DNA of 58,596 nucleotides. Source: a virus. Lineage: Duplodnaviria; Caudoviricetes. The position numbers and the translations under genes were made by a program. This document shows, piece by piece, positions 31,141 through 41,559 of the stretch. The notes under the pieces are model-generated. The model saw only the letters and a list, made by a program, of their open reading frames with translations, ran no database searches and was not told the origin of the DNA. Numbering within the stretch: the stretch's first letter is position 1; each line of letters opens with the position of its first letter. The stretch is taken from positions 1-58,596 of IMG/VR virus record IMGVR_UViG_3300012942_000006, one strand, 5' to 3'.

Positions 31141-31437
31141 ATGACTCAGATACCCGAACATCTGCAGAAGATGCACGATGAGCTGTCTCAGAAGATCGAG
31201 GAGTACTTCCAGGCATGGTGGGCATACCGCAACGACGGAGACTCCGGAGACTACGTGTCGTGCTGGGCCCTGGTCGCCAACTTCGGCAATCTGTCCGAGG
31301 CCTCGGCCGCAGGGTACATCGTCGAGACAGAGCCGGTCAACATGCCCCCGCACGCCATGAAGGGGCTCCTGAGCGAGGGAGTCGACTGGGTGTGCGAGAT
31401 GCAGGAGCTGAATCTCGGAGAGGAGGACGACCTGTGA
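31141..31437 (+). CDS. hypothetical protein (possible paralog of the next gene)
   Basis: YVSCWALV...KGLL. Confidence 0.65.
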   Translation: MTQIPEHLQKMHDELSQKIEEYFQAWWAYRNDGDSGDYVSCWALVANFGNLSEASAAGYIVETEPVNMPPHAMKGLLSEGVDWVCEMQELNLGEEDDL

Positions 31438-31724
31438 CAGCCAGACCAGAGGACCTGGACGAAGACGGTAACTACAACGCCAAGTACATGGCGCGATACA
31501 ACGCGGCCAGGGAAGAGTTCGAACGTGCACTGAAGGCGTTCTCTGAGGTGGTCGATCCTGGTGAGTATGTGATGCACTGGGCCGTTGTCCTGCACAAGAC
31601 GTCCGTAGCCCTCGAGCAGAGCGACATGTCAGCAGTGGGGATCCACTTTGACGCAGACATCACGTTTGTCGAGAAGCGCGGCCTGATAGAGATCATGCGA
31701 GACAAGGTGCTGTTCCGTGACTGA
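31434..31724 (+). CDS. hypothetical protein (possible paralog of the previous gene)
   Basis: YVMHWAVV...RGLI; GTGA overlap. Confidence 0.65.
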   Translation: MTARPEDLDEDGNYNAKYMARYNAAREEFERALKAFSEVVDPGEYVMHWAVVLHKTSVALEQSDMSAVGIHFDADITFVEKRGLIEIMRDKVLFRD

Positions 31725-33171
31725 TGTAGCAGTTCAGGTCGAGACGCTCGACATCAACGGCATCTTCGAGGATGTCGAGTACAAGCCGCACGCCGGACAG
31801 ATCCCGATCCACATCGCCGGACTCAGCCACCGCTTCCGGCTGGCGAGCTGCGGACGACGCTTCGGCAAGTCACAGGTCGGCGGGCACGAGCTGACCGTCG
31901 CAGCGTTCGAGGCGTATGGGCAGCGTGGACAGCTGTCTCCCAAGGGCAAGCGCCACGAGTACTGGATCGTCGGACCGGAGTACTCCGACGCCGAGAAGGA
32001 GTTTCGTGTTGTCTACGACGACCTGACTCGGCTCGGTGTGGAGTTCGACAGGCCTGGCACCTACTACTCCGAGGGCGGCGGGGACATGGACATCTCGCTG
32101 TTCGGAGGGCGGTTCCTTGTCCATGCCAAGTCCGCGAAGTATCCACAGACGCTGGTCGGTGAAGGTCTGCGAGGCGTGATCCTGGCCGAGGCTGCCAAGC
32201 TCAAGCCGATCGTGTGGACTAAGTACATCCGCCCGACCCTGGCAGACTTCGCACGCGAGGGCAGCTGGGCTCTGCTCACGTCGACTCCAGAGGGCAAGAA
32301 CTGGTTCTACGATCTGTACCAGCGCGGACAGTCCACGCTCAAAGGCGACAGTGAGTGGTACTCGATTCGGAGACCGTCCTGGACGAACGACATCGTGTTC
32401 CCAGAAGGCGAGACAGACCCCGAGATCGAGGAGATGCGCGCCGACATGTCGGCCGAGAAGTTCAAGCAGGAGATCGAGGCGGACTTCACAGAGTTCGTCG
32501 GGCGAGTCTTCAAGGACTTCTCCATTGAGACGCACGTCGGCGACTTCCAGTACAATCCGCGCTGGCCGGTCTACATCGCAGAGGACGCCGGATTCACGAA
32601 CCCCAACGTTGCCCTGTTCCTGCAAGTGGACATGTGGGACAACGTCTGGGTGCTGGCCGAGTACTACGAGCGCCATCGCATCCCGGAGGAGTTTGCACAG
32701 GACGTTCTCGAGCACCACAAGCTCGGGTCGCTGGCACGTGTGGCGCGGAAGATCTATCCCGATCCAGCAGACCCCGGCACGGCTAACACTCTGGCCAAGC
32801 ACTGGCAGGTCGAGGTCATGGGTGGTACCGGAGGCGAGCGCAAGGATCGTATCGACCTGATCCGTCGCTGGCTCAAGTCGCAGCTGGTGACTGGTGATGC
32901 ATTCGTTCCAGACCTGCAGAACCAGCCGACGATGGCTCCGAAGCTAATGATAGATCGCTCGTGTGAGCATCTGATCCAGGAGATGCAGGACTACCGTTAT
33001 CCGGAGAACAAGCGCGAGGAGTCGCAGGCGGACTCTGAGGAGCCGCTCAAGGTCGACGACCACACCCCCGAGGCTCTGGGTCGATTCTTCATGGGACACT
33101 TCGGCCAGAAATACGGCCCCAAGGCGGCTGCGCGAGTAGCCAGAGCGCGTGTCAAGACTCGCTCACGGTAG
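31717..33171 (+). CDS. terL: terminase large subunit
   Basis: GRRFGKS Walker A, VILAEAA Walker B, STPEGKNWFY, EDAG nuclease motif, DDHTPEA. Confidence 0.93.
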   Translation: MTDVAVQVETLDINGIFEDVEYKPHAGQIPIHIAGLSHRFRLASCGRRFGKSQVGGHELTVAAFEAYGQRGQLSPKGKRHEYWIVGPEYSDAEKEFRVVYDDLTRLGVEFDRPGTYYSEGGGDMDISLFGGRFLVHAKSAKYPQTLVGEGLRGVILAEAAKLKPIVWTKYIRPTLADFAREGSWALLTSTPEGKNWFYDLYQRGQSTLKGDSEWYSIRRPSWTNDIVFPEGETDPEIEEMRADMSAEKFKQEIEADFTEFVGRVFKDFSIETHVGDFQYNPRWPVYIAEDAGFTNPNVALFLQVDMWDNVWVLAEYYERHRIPEEFAQDVLEHHKLGSLARVARKIYPDPADPGTANTLAKHWQVEVMGGTGGERKDRIDLIRRWLKSQLVTGDAFVPDLQNQPTMAPKLMIDRSCEHLIQEMQDYRYPENKREESQADSEEPLKVDDHTPEALGRFFMGHFGQKYGPKAAARVARARVKTRSR

Positions 33172-33213
33172 AGTTGCTCTCGGATATCCGTTCACTAACT
33201 CCAGGAGTGCATC

Positions 33214-33306
33214 ATGGGTGGTAAGCCTAGCAAGGGCACTCGCCGCGATCGGCGGCTCAAGGGCAATCGTCCCAAGCGCAAGCCGTTCTGGAAGCGAGGC
33301 AAGTAG
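33214..33306 (+). CDS. 30-aa highly basic peptide
   Basis: AGGAG SD; MGGKPSKGTRRDRRLKGNRPKRKPFWKRGK. Confidence 0.6.
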   Translation: MGGKPSKGTRRDRRLKGNRPKRKPFWKRGK

Positions 33307-33308
33307 GC

Positions 33309-33857
33309 ATGGCTGACGTACCACTGCCATTCGGGCTTGTCGTTGCACAGCTGAGCGCAGCCGTCGGAGACTCTGCGGACACCGGACTCAACCCGGACGC
33401 GGAGCCCCTCATCGGCCACGCAGTGTTCTCGGGCAACAGGGCTCGGTTCGTTGCGAACAACACGATCTACATCCCTCAGAAAATCACAGCCGACGTGACA
33501 GCTGGCGTCCTCCAGTACAGAGGAGACAACGGAGTTCCGCTGACTGCGAATCTGGACGAGGCCGGTGCATCGCTCGGATGGCAGTGGTCCGTCGCCTGGC
33601 AGCTGACGCTCACCGACGGCACTCCGGTCGTGCTGACCGGATGGAACTTCGACGTGCGTCCGTACGACGGAACTCCAGCTACAGAGACAGATCTCACAGC
33701 ATTCACTCCGTTGGTCCCGGTTTCGGGGAATCAGGTCTTTGTCAAGGGCGACAAAGGTGATCCCGGGACCAACGGCACACCAATCATCGTCCTCGGACCC
33801 AGCGACCCTGTTCCAGACGGAACTCCCGCAGGCGCACTCATCATCCGGACTGCATAA
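33309..33857 (+). CDS. virion structural (fibre-base-like) protein
   Basis: Beta-rich; short collagen-like KGDKGDPG; C-terminal VPDGTPAGALIIRT. Confidence 0.6.
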   Translation: MADVPLPFGLVVAQLSAAVGDSADTGLNPDAEPLIGHAVFSGNRARFVANNTIYIPQKITADVTAGVLQYRGDNGVPLTANLDEAGASLGWQWSVAWQLTLTDGTPVVLTGWNFDVRPYDGTPATETDLTAFTPLVPVSGNQVFVKGDKGDPGTNGTPIIVLGPSDPVPDGTPAGALIIRTA

Positions 33858-33867
33858 GGAGCAGACA

Positions 33868-34371
33868 GTGAAAACGCAAGAAGCACTCAGCATCAAGGGC
33901 ACCGTGCACATCGAGCTCTTCGACAAGGACGGCAAGCTCAAGGCCGAAGAAACCGTGCACAACCTCGTGACGGCGGTCGGAGACCAGATGTACGCGGCTC
34001 GTGGAGCGGGCGTTGGCTCTGCTCCGGCAGCGCCGACCGGCATGCGACTCGGCACCGGGTCCACTGCGGCAAGCAAGACCGGGGCGGGAGCAGCCCTCGT
34101 CACGAAGCTGACAGGTGGCAACCACGCCCTCGATTCCAGCTATCCGCAGGCGGCTGGAGGCGTTGTTCAGTACAAGTGCACCTATTCCCCGGGAGAGGGC
34201 ACGTCAGCTTCGGCGATCCAGGAGGTCGTGCTCGTCAACGACACCATCGCCACGGACACTGCGACCGCCGCCGCGAACACCATCGCCCGCGTCGTCGTGA
34301 CGACCATTCCGCAGAAGCTCGCCTCCGACACTCTGGTGGCCACCTGGACACACACGCTGGCCGGTTCCTGA
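33868..34371 (+). CDS. virion structural protein
   Basis: KGTVHIELFD...HNLVT..G, LGTG motif typical of phage fibre or baseplate proteins. Confidence 0.6.
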   Translation: MKTQEALSIKGTVHIELFDKDGKLKAEETVHNLVTAVGDQMYAARGAGVGSAPAAPTGMRLGTGSTAASKTGAGAALVTKLTGGNHALDSSYPQAAGGVVQYKCTYSPGEGTSASAIQEVVLVNDTIATDTATAAANTIARVVVTTIPQKLASDTLVATWTHTLAGS

Positions 34372-34396
34372 TCTCTGACGCCAGAGGGAGGCGACC

Positions 34397-36268
34397 GTGA
34401 GCGTCCTAGGAGCCTGGAACTTCAGTCCGGGCACGGGCACGACGACGCCCGACCTGAGCGGCAACGGCCGCACCATGACGGTGCACGGCTGGGGCGAGCC
34501 GCACAACACCGGCTTCAGTGCGAAGGGCGACGGCAGTACGTATGCCTGCGGGCTGTCGGGCGACTTGGGGCTGAATGCACCGAGCGCGCTCGGCATCATG
34601 ATGTGGGCGAACCTCTCGACCCCGAGCGGGAACCCCGACATCATCACGTTGAAGGAGTCCGACGAGAGCAGCTACGTCGGCATCTACTGGGGCGACAGCG
34701 GCCACCTGCGGCTCTACCTCCAGGACAGCGCGGGCTACCAGGAGTCGGCGCTCGTGCCGGTGCCGGTGGGGACGTGGGTGCATTACGCCATCGCGCTGTC
34801 GGCCACGAGCGTCGTCCTCTACATGAACGCACAGGTCGCGGCGACGCTGACCCGCAGCGCGGGCAGCACGATGGGGAACCTGACGAGTTTCAGCCTGGGC
34901 GGGAGCATCGGCAGCAGCGGAGGCTCGCCGGGGCTGTACTTCGACGCGCAGCTGCTCAACACCACGCCGAGCCAGTCCGACGTGAAGACGGCGATGCACA
35001 CGCCACTGGGCCACACGGCAACGGTGACGGAGCCGACGTGGGCTATCGAGTGGGCAGCGGACGAGGGCACCGGAACGACGGTCGCTGACTCGTCGGGCAA
35101 CGGCCACACCGGGACGGCCGCGAGCGACGGCTGGGTGACGGGACTTGCTCCGCACTCGAAGGCTGCCGCTGGCAACAGCACGAACCCGGCAGTGAAGCTG
35201 GAGGGCACCACGGTCATCAGCGGAAGCCAGACGCTGACGATGATGGCGAACGTGAACGCCGTGACGTATACGGGCAGCGGCGACCTGCTGGAGGTCAAGA
35301 GCGACCACAGCAGCACGACATACGCGACCATCTATCGACCTAGCGTGGCGAGCCTCCAGCTGGAGATCAAAGACACCGGTGGCACGACAACGGACACCAT
35401 CGAGTATCCGAAGGCCACGACAGGCGTGTGGACGCACATCGGCGCGGTGATCGATACGAGCAGCATCAGCCTGTACGTGGACGGTGAACTGGTCGTCAAG
35501 AAGACGCGAACCGGCAGCACGAATCTGGGCGCGGTGCAGCTGTTCTACGCAGGCGGCACGGACACGAAGAACAACCAGGCTGCGGTCAACGACGTGCGCT
35601 GGTCTTCCGGCGTGGCAGACAACGACACGATGCGCTACCTGGCGCAGACTCCAGTCGCGGGGAGCAAAACCTACTCCCCAGCGCCGTCTGACGCCGTGGG
35701 CATCACCGACGCGCTCACTACGTCGGTTTCTGCCAGCAGAACGATATCTGACCCAGTAGGAATCACCGACGCGCTGTCTTCGGCCGTTACGCAGCCGCGT
35801 AGCGTCGCTGATCCGGTTGGTATTACGGACAACTTCTCGTCCTCGACGTCGCTGCAGAGGTCGTTCTCAGACGCGATCGGTATCACAGACGACCTCGACC
35901 TCCAGGTATCCTCGGTCGGTACGGTCTCTTCGGAAGACGAAATCGGGATTACAGACGATGTCGGATTCGTTCAGGTCGCCGACAGGACGCTGTCAGATGA
36001 TATCGATATCGCTGACATCCTGTTGGTGGATGCGCAGATGCCACGTTCGCTGGACGACGATATCGGAATATCGGACGAGGTCGGATTCACAACGACGATG
36101 CCGAGATCGATTTCCGACGCGGTCAGCATCACTGACTCTCTTTCTGTCCACGTTATCAATGCTGGCCTTCACACCTATGTCTGGGACGGGACGAACGAGA
36201 TTGAAGGACAGCTGAGCTACTGGGATGGAGTCCAGGAGCTACCGGTAACAATTGAGATCCAAGGGTAG
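34397..36268 (+). CDS. fibre/adhesin with two LamG (concanavalin-like) domains and a C-terminal repeat stalk
   Basis: GTWVHYA..LYMNA and GVWTHIG..LYVDG; ~9 repeats of S(D/E).(V/I)(G/D/S)I(T/S/A)D. Confidence 0.75.
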   Translation: MSVLGAWNFSPGTGTTTPDLSGNGRTMTVHGWGEPHNTGFSAKGDGSTYACGLSGDLGLNAPSALGIMMWANLSTPSGNPDIITLKESDESSYVGIYWGDSGHLRLYLQDSAGYQESALVPVPVGTWVHYAIALSATSVVLYMNAQVAATLTRSAGSTMGNLTSFSLGGSIGSSGGSPGLYFDAQLLNTTPSQSDVKTAMHTPLGHTATVTEPTWAIEWAADEGTGTTVADSSGNGHTGTAASDGWVTGLAPHSKAAAGNSTNPAVKLEGTTVISGSQTLTMMANVNAVTYTGSGDLLEVKSDHSSTTYATIYRPSVASLQLEIKDTGGTTTDTIEYPKATTGVWTHIGAVIDTSSISLYVDGELVVKKTRTGSTNLGAVQLFYAGGTDTKNNQAAVNDVRWSSGVADNDTMRYLAQTPVAGSKTYSPAPSDAVGITDALTTSVSASRTISDPVGITDALSSAVTQPRSVADPVGITDNFSSSTSLQRSFSDAIGITDDLDLQVSSVGTVSSEDEIGITDDVGFVQVADRTLSDDIDIADILLVDAQMPRSLDDDIGISDEVGFTTTMPRSISDAVSITDSLSVHVINAGLHTYVWDGTNEIEGQLSYWDGVQELPVTIEIQG

Positions 36269-36277
36269 GATTGACAC

Positions 36278-37858
36278 ATGGCCGACACGACCGTTATCAC
36301 ACCGTATGCAACGGCTGTGCCCTTCTTCCTTGCAGCGATGCCATCCTGGGTCGATGAGTACAATGCACAGCGTCTTGCTTCCTACGATCTGTACGACGAT
36401 CTGTATGCGAACCGGCCGGACACGTCGCTGCTGCTGCGCGGCGCAGACGACAAGCCGATCTACGTCCCCACGGCCAAGCGCATCGTCAACACTCTGGCAC
36501 GCTACGTCGGCAAGGACTGGGGATACGAGGTTACTCCAGGTCCTTCCAAGGATCCCAACGAAGACACCGATGGAGACAACGACATTCTGAACGCCCGCAC
36601 AGCGTTCGGCAATCTCTACTCTCGAGAGAATCTCGGATCTCAGTTCTCGTCTGGCAAGAAGGAATGGCTACGCCGAGGAGACTGGCTGTGGTACATCTTC
36701 GCAGACGAGTCCAAGCCGGAGGGCCAGCGCATTTCTGTGAAGTGCATCGATCCGAGGACGTACTTCCCGATGAACAACGATGCCAACGACGTCGACAGGG
36801 TCACGGGACAGCAGATCGTGGAGGAGACGCTCGCCGACGACGGCAAGACTGTCATCCTGAAGATCCAGACATACGTCAAGTACACAGATCCTCTGCACCC
36901 GAACTACGGGTCGAAGACGATTCCGGACGAGGGCTTCCCGATCTACTACATGTCGGAGCTGTACGACCTGAAGGACTGGCAGGACCCAGCCAAGAAGAAG
37001 GTCCTCAGCACCATCACTCCGCTGACTGTCATCGAGGGCGTATCGGCTCTGCCGATCTACCACATCCGGAACAACGCAGAGACTGCGAACCCGTTCGGCG
37101 TGAGTGATCTGGCAGGCCTGGAGTCGATCCTCGCTGGCATCAATCAGACGATCTCGGACGAGGATCTGTCTCTGGCTATGGCCGGTCTGGGCATGTATGT
37201 CACGGACTCTGGCGCTCCTGTCGATGTGGACACCGGAGCTCCGACGACATGGGAGATCGGTCCGACGCAGGTCATCGAGGTCTCCCAGGGTCGCTCCTTC
37301 AAGCGGCTGGCGGGAATCACTTCGGTCGAGCCGTCCCAGACGCACGTGGACTATCTGGAGGAGCAGGCCTACGGAACCAACGGCATCAACGACATCGCTC
37401 TCGGCTCGCGCGGAGCAGTGACGGAGTCGGGTGTCGCCCTGGCGATCCGTATGCAGCCTCTGTTTGATGAGGCGGATCTCAAGGACCAGGAGATCAACGG
37501 CGTCCTCACGCAGATGTTCCATGATCTGCAGACGATGTGGTTCCCAGCGTTCGAGGGCCTGAACTTCGGTGATGTGATCGTCTCGTCTGGCACAAGTCGC
37601 GACCGACTTCCGTTCGACCGTGCAGAGTTCTGGACCGAGATGACGACCGGCCTAGAGTCGGGCATCCTCCCGCTGTCCGCAGTCCATCGCATGATCAACG
37701 AGAAGCTCGGCTACGACCTGACGGAGAAGGAGCTTGCGGATGCGATCGCGGCACAGAGCGCGAAGATGGCTGCTCTGGACCCGTTCACGAACCGAGCCAA
37801 TACCGAGCTGAACAACACGAGCGAGACCGGCGATGGCTCGGCTGCCACCGGAGCGTAG
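36278..37858 (+). CDS. portal protein
   Basis: Size and position; FGVSDL and SGVALAIRM motifs. Confidence 0.85.
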   Translation: MADTTVITPYATAVPFFLAAMPSWVDEYNAQRLASYDLYDDLYANRPDTSLLLRGADDKPIYVPTAKRIVNTLARYVGKDWGYEVTPGPSKDPNEDTDGDNDILNARTAFGNLYSRENLGSQFSSGKKEWLRRGDWLWYIFADESKPEGQRISVKCIDPRTYFPMNNDANDVDRVTGQQIVEETLADDGKTVILKIQTYVKYTDPLHPNYGSKTIPDEGFPIYYMSELYDLKDWQDPAKKKVLSTITPLTVIEGVSALPIYHIRNNAETANPFGVSDLAGLESILAGINQTISDEDLSLAMAGLGMYVTDSGAPVDVDTGAPTTWEIGPTQVIEVSQGRSFKRLAGITSVEPSQTHVDYLEEQAYGTNGINDIALGSRGAVTESGVALAIRMQPLFDEADLKDQEINGVLTQMFHDLQTMWFPAFEGLNFGDVIVSSGTSRDRLPFDRAEFWTEMTTGLESGILPLSAVHRMINEKLGYDLTEKELADAIAAQSAKMAALDPFTNRANTELNNTSETGDGSAATGA

Positions 37859-38705
37859 ATACACCCTCTACCAGTCTCTCAAGGCTGAGAACAAGTGGAT
37901 CTCCTACATCAACAGCATCCTGCTGGGTGCGGCACAGTCTCTTGAGTCTGACATACGCAAGCTCGGTCCGAGCGGAGAGCCGCTCAGTCGCGCTCAGCTG
38001 GAGGCGGCTCGCGTCTCGATCAAGGCGCATCTGAACCAGGACTGGTCGGACATCCAACAGGCCGTAGCTGCGGGCAGGCGAGACGGGGCTGCAGCTGCGA
38101 GCCAGGTTGTCTCGAAGTACGAGAATGTGCTGTTGTCGGTAGGCATGACGCCGAGCGAGATGCGCGAGTATGCCGACGGACTGGCGCAGGCCTCTGTCGC
38201 ACGAGTCGAGAATGTCCTCGCTCGTATATCAAGCTCGTACCGCCCGCTGTCGCAGCAGGTCTATTCGACCAAGTCACTGACGAATGGATGGGTAGACCAG
38301 CAGATAAATATTGGAATTGCTCGTGGATACACTGCTGCGCAACTCGCTAAGAGCGTGCGACAGTTTATATCTCCGAATACTCCCGGCGGAGCGAGCTACG
38401 CCGCCAAGCGGCTCGCCAGGACCGAGATCAACAATGCATTCCATGCCACAACCGTAGATCGCTATCAGCGCAGCGGAATTGTAGAGGAGGTGGACTGGAA
38501 CCTATCTAGTAGCCACCCCGAAGGCGACGAGTGCGATGATCTGAAGGACGAATCACCATACGACGTGAACTTCGTTCCAGAGAAGCCGCACCCGTTGTGC
38601 TTTTGCTTCATCACTCCGCATCTTCCGTCGAGGAGCGAATTCATCGACAATCTGCTATCTGGCAAGTACGACGACGAGGATTGGGAAGACTCCTTCCAGC
38701 GGTAA
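37833..38705 (+). CDS. MuF-like minor capsid/head morphogenesis protein
   Basis: RLARTEINNA...C...PHPLCFC. Confidence 0.8.
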   Translation: MARLPPERRYTLYQSLKAENKWISYINSILLGAAQSLESDIRKLGPSGEPLSRAQLEAARVSIKAHLNQDWSDIQQAVAAGRRDGAAAASQVVSKYENVLLSVGMTPSEMREYADGLAQASVARVENVLARISSSYRPLSQQVYSTKSLTNGWVDQQINIGIARGYTAAQLAKSVRQFISPNTPGGASYAAKRLARTEINNAFHATTVDRYQRSGIVEEVDWNLSSSHPEGDECDDLKDESPYDVNFVPEKPHPLCFCFITPHLPSRSEFIDNLLSGKYDDEDWEDSFQR

Positions 38706-38754
38706 AACTCCCAAACAAGGTAGAGTTTCCTCACCAAGGAAAGGATTCATCCAA

Positions 38755-39498
38755 ATGATGAACTGCACGTACAGGTTGAGCCTGAACGAGCTTCTGAATC
38801 GACCGGCAGCTGAGCTGCGACTGGTCGGCGCTGACGACGATGACGACGACAAGTCGAGCCAGCAGAGTCAGCAGAACGGCAGCGACGACGACGACAAGTC
38901 GGACGACGATGCTGGAGGCGGTGATGACGGCGACAAGAAGGGTTCGGGTGGCTCTGCGGGCACCCCGGATGCCAAGGATCGTCGGATCGCGGGCCTCGAG
39001 GAGGAGAGGCAGCGGCACTACGACCTCCGCAAGGAGGCCGAGACGAAGCTGGAGGCTGCAGAAGCAGAGATCGCTCGGCTCAAGAAGGATGGCACTACCG
39101 ATGACGAGACCAAGCAGAACTTGGTCAGACTCGAACGGGAGAACGCCGACCTCAAGGTCAAGAACAGCGATCTCGCGCTGGAGAACGCCTTCCTGAAGTC
39201 CAACTCTCACAAGTGGCGGGATAACGAGGCAGCCCTCAAGCTGGCCGACCTGTCGAAGGTGGAGCTGGACGACAAGACCGGGCAGGTCCACGGTCTTCAG
39301 GACGCGCTCGACAGGCTGGCAGCCAACTCGCCGTGGCTTCTCGCCGACGATTCGCAAGGGAAGTCTGAGAAGGACGAGAAGCCGAAGCGCAAGACCGGGG
39401 ATGCCCCCGGATCACAGCGCTCCGGCAGCCAGTCCGACAAGGAAGCCCAAGCACAGAAAGCAAGACTGCAGAGCAAGTACCCCGGTCTCCGCCGGTAA
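38755..39498 (+). CDS. scaffolding protein
   Basis: Acidic low-complexity N-terminus, coiled coil, position before the capsid genes. Confidence 0.75.
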   Translation: MMNCTYRLSLNELLNRPAAELRLVGADDDDDDKSSQQSQQNGSDDDDKSDDDAGGGDDGDKKGSGGSAGTPDAKDRRIAGLEEERQRHYDLRKEAETKLEAAEAEIARLKKDGTTDDETKQNLVRLERENADLKVKNSDLALENAFLKSNSHKWRDNEAALKLADLSKVELDDKTGQVHGLQDALDRLAANSPWLLADDSQGKSEKDEKPKRKTGDAPGSQRSGSQSDKEAQAQKARLQSKYPGLRR

Positions 39499-39523
39499 GT
39501 ACTCCTAACAAGAAAGGCACCCA

Positions 39524-39925
39524 ATGAGTGCAAGAGCCGATCACGTCGACTCCACCATCGGTGTCGTTCGCGCAGTCCTCAGCGCCGACATCCCGGACGA
39601 GCTCCTGGACACCGTCGTCGCCGTGGGCTTGAACGCGAGCGGCCAGGCGGTTGTCGGCTCCGGCGCTGCGGGCTCCCAGACGGGAACCATCGGCGTCACC
39701 ATCCCGAACCCGTACCTCAACAAGGCCGGTCAGCAGATCGACATCTTCAAGCTCGGCGACATCGTCGACATCGAAGGTCTCGCTGCTGGCAAGAAGACCT
39801 GGCTGGCGGCAGACGGGACCCTCACCCAGACCTCGGCTGCGGGGCTCGTGTATGCGGGCTACACCGTCGAGGCAGACCGACTCGTCCTCTCCGGTTTTGC
39901 CGGTCAGGTCGTTCCGGCGAGCTAA
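39524..39925 (+). CDS. capsid decoration/cement protein
   Basis: Small beta-rich protein between scaffold and major capsid protein. Confidence 0.6.
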   Translation: MSARADHVDSTIGVVRAVLSADIPDELLDTVVAVGLNASGQAVVGSGAAGSQTGTIGVTIPNPYLNKAGQQIDIFKLGDIVDIEGLAAGKKTWLAADGTLTQTSAAGLVYAGYTVEADRLVLSGFAGQVVPAS

Positions 39926-39936
39926 GGAAGAAGATC

Positions 39937-41154
39937 ATGGAAAACTTCAAGACCATCTCCCAGCTCGCTCGCGCCCAGCGCCCGATCCTCGGTTACAAGA
40001 TGCTCGACCTCGAGTCGTTCGGATTCGTGACCGATCTGCACGGTGCAGACTCCCACGGCTACAACCAGCAGTCCGACGTTCTGGTCACGCAGTCGATCGA
40101 CGGCGTGGACTACAACCGGATGTGGGCGGAGTTCCAGGCAACCCTCGCGCTGCAGAATGCCGAGCGCACCACCATCGTTCAGTTCCTGACCTTCCCGGTT
40201 CAGCAGCCGTTCGATCAGGTGACTCAGCTCAGCGGCTCGAAGTTCGAGCGCCAGACCGAGTACGGCGAGCCTCGCGGCATTCGGCAGCAGCCGACGTCGT
40301 TCTGGCTGGGTTACGACCTCGTCGACTACGACATCGCGGTTCGCTACACCTGGAAGTACCTCGCCAACGCGACGGCTGCTCAGGTGGAAGCGCTCCACAG
40401 CTCCGTGATCGAGGCCGACAACCAGAACCTGTTCGAGGCCGTGATGCGGGCTCTCTACGCCGGCAACACGAACCGTACCACGAACATCAACGAGCAGCCC
40501 TACACGGTCTACGGCCTGTACAATGGAGACGGCACCGTTCCTCCGACGTACAAGTCGAACACGTTCGACGGTTCGCACACGCACTACACGATCAGTGGCG
40601 CGGCGACCATCGACAGCGGAGACCTGGACGCCCTGATGCAGCAGCTCACTGAGCACGGCTACAGCCGTGTCAACGGCGTGCAGCAGGTCATCGCGGTCAA
40701 CAGTCGCGAGGGCAAGGTCATCCGGTCGTTCAGGATCGCCGACGGCGATACCTACGACTTCATCCCGAGTGCAGCTGAGGCAACGGCTCTCATCCTCGAT
40801 CCCGGTCAGACGGTGTCGGGCGGTCAGCCAGCCTCGTTCTACAAGGGGCTGAACGTCATCGGATCGTACGGCGAGGCGCTGATCATCGAAGATGACAACT
40901 TCCCGCCGTCGTACGTGACGATCATCGGCACCGGCGGGCGTGACGCCCTCCAGAACCCGGTGGGTCTCCGTGAGCCGCAGAACGCGTCTCTGCGCGGTCT
41001 GAAGCTCGTCAAGGGTCCGGACAACGACTATCCGCTGACCGACTCGTTCTACATCCACTCCTTCGGTACGGGCGTGCGTCAGCGCGGTGGCTCGGCCGTG
41101 ATGCAGATCAAGGCATCCGGCTCGTACACTCCGCCGACGCAGTACCTGTACTGA
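39937..41154 (+). CDS. major capsid protein
   Basis: 405 aa, strong codon bias, canonical position, followed by a terminator. Confidence 0.85.
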   Translation: MENFKTISQLARAQRPILGYKMLDLESFGFVTDLHGADSHGYNQQSDVLVTQSIDGVDYNRMWAEFQATLALQNAERTTIVQFLTFPVQQPFDQVTQLSGSKFERQTEYGEPRGIRQQPTSFWLGYDLVDYDIAVRYTWKYLANATAAQVEALHSSVIEADNQNLFEAVMRALYAGNTNRTTNINEQPYTVYGLYNGDGTVPPTYKSNTFDGSHTHYTISGAATIDSGDLDALMQQLTEHGYSRVNGVQQVIAVNSREGKVIRSFRIADGDTYDFIPSAAEATALILDPGQTVSGGQPASFYKGLNVIGSYGEALIIEDDNFPPSYVTIIGTGGRDALQNPVGLREPQNASLRGLKLVKGPDNDYPLTDSFYIHSFGTGVRQRGGSAVMQIKASGSYTPPTQYLY

Positions 41155-41162
41155 GTCAGCTG

Positions 41163-41196
41163 AGAGGGGCAGGGTTCCTTGGTGTCCTGCCCCTCT
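41163..41196 (+). terminator. stem-loop terminator
   Basis: AGAGGGGCAGG...CCTGCCCCTCT. Confidence 0.65.
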
Positions 41197-41220
41197 CTCA
41201 ACCCAAGGAAAGAAGGCATC

Positions 41221-41559
41221 ATGTCGAGGAATGTCGACCTGACCAAGCCCCTGGACGAGGACGAGGCGGCTTACCTTCGCAGCCGACCCTGGTTGATCCG
41301 CGACGCCGAGCTCCAGGGTCTCGAGATCCAGTGGCCGGGGTCGGAGGGAGAGTCAGACGCTTCGGAGGACCCAGAGGACGACGAAGACGACGAGATCGAC
41401 TACAACGATCTCACGATCCCCAAGCTCAAGGCTGAGATCGACGCACGCAACGAGGGTCGCGAGGAGGACGCCATGATCGTCCCCGAGTCGGACAAGAAGG
41501 CTGACCTGGTCGCCGCTCTCGAGGCAGACGACGAGGTCGAAGACGAGGACGCCGAGTAG
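41221..41559 (+). CDS. acidic protein with HeH/SAP-like motif
   Basis: YNDLTIPKLKAE...KKADLVAAL. Confidence 0.7.
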   Translation: MSRNVDLTKPLDEDEAAYLRSRPWLIRDAELQGLEIQWPGSEGESDASEDPEDDEDDEIDYNDLTIPKLKAEIDARNEGREEDAMIVPESDKKADLVAALEADDEVEDEDAE

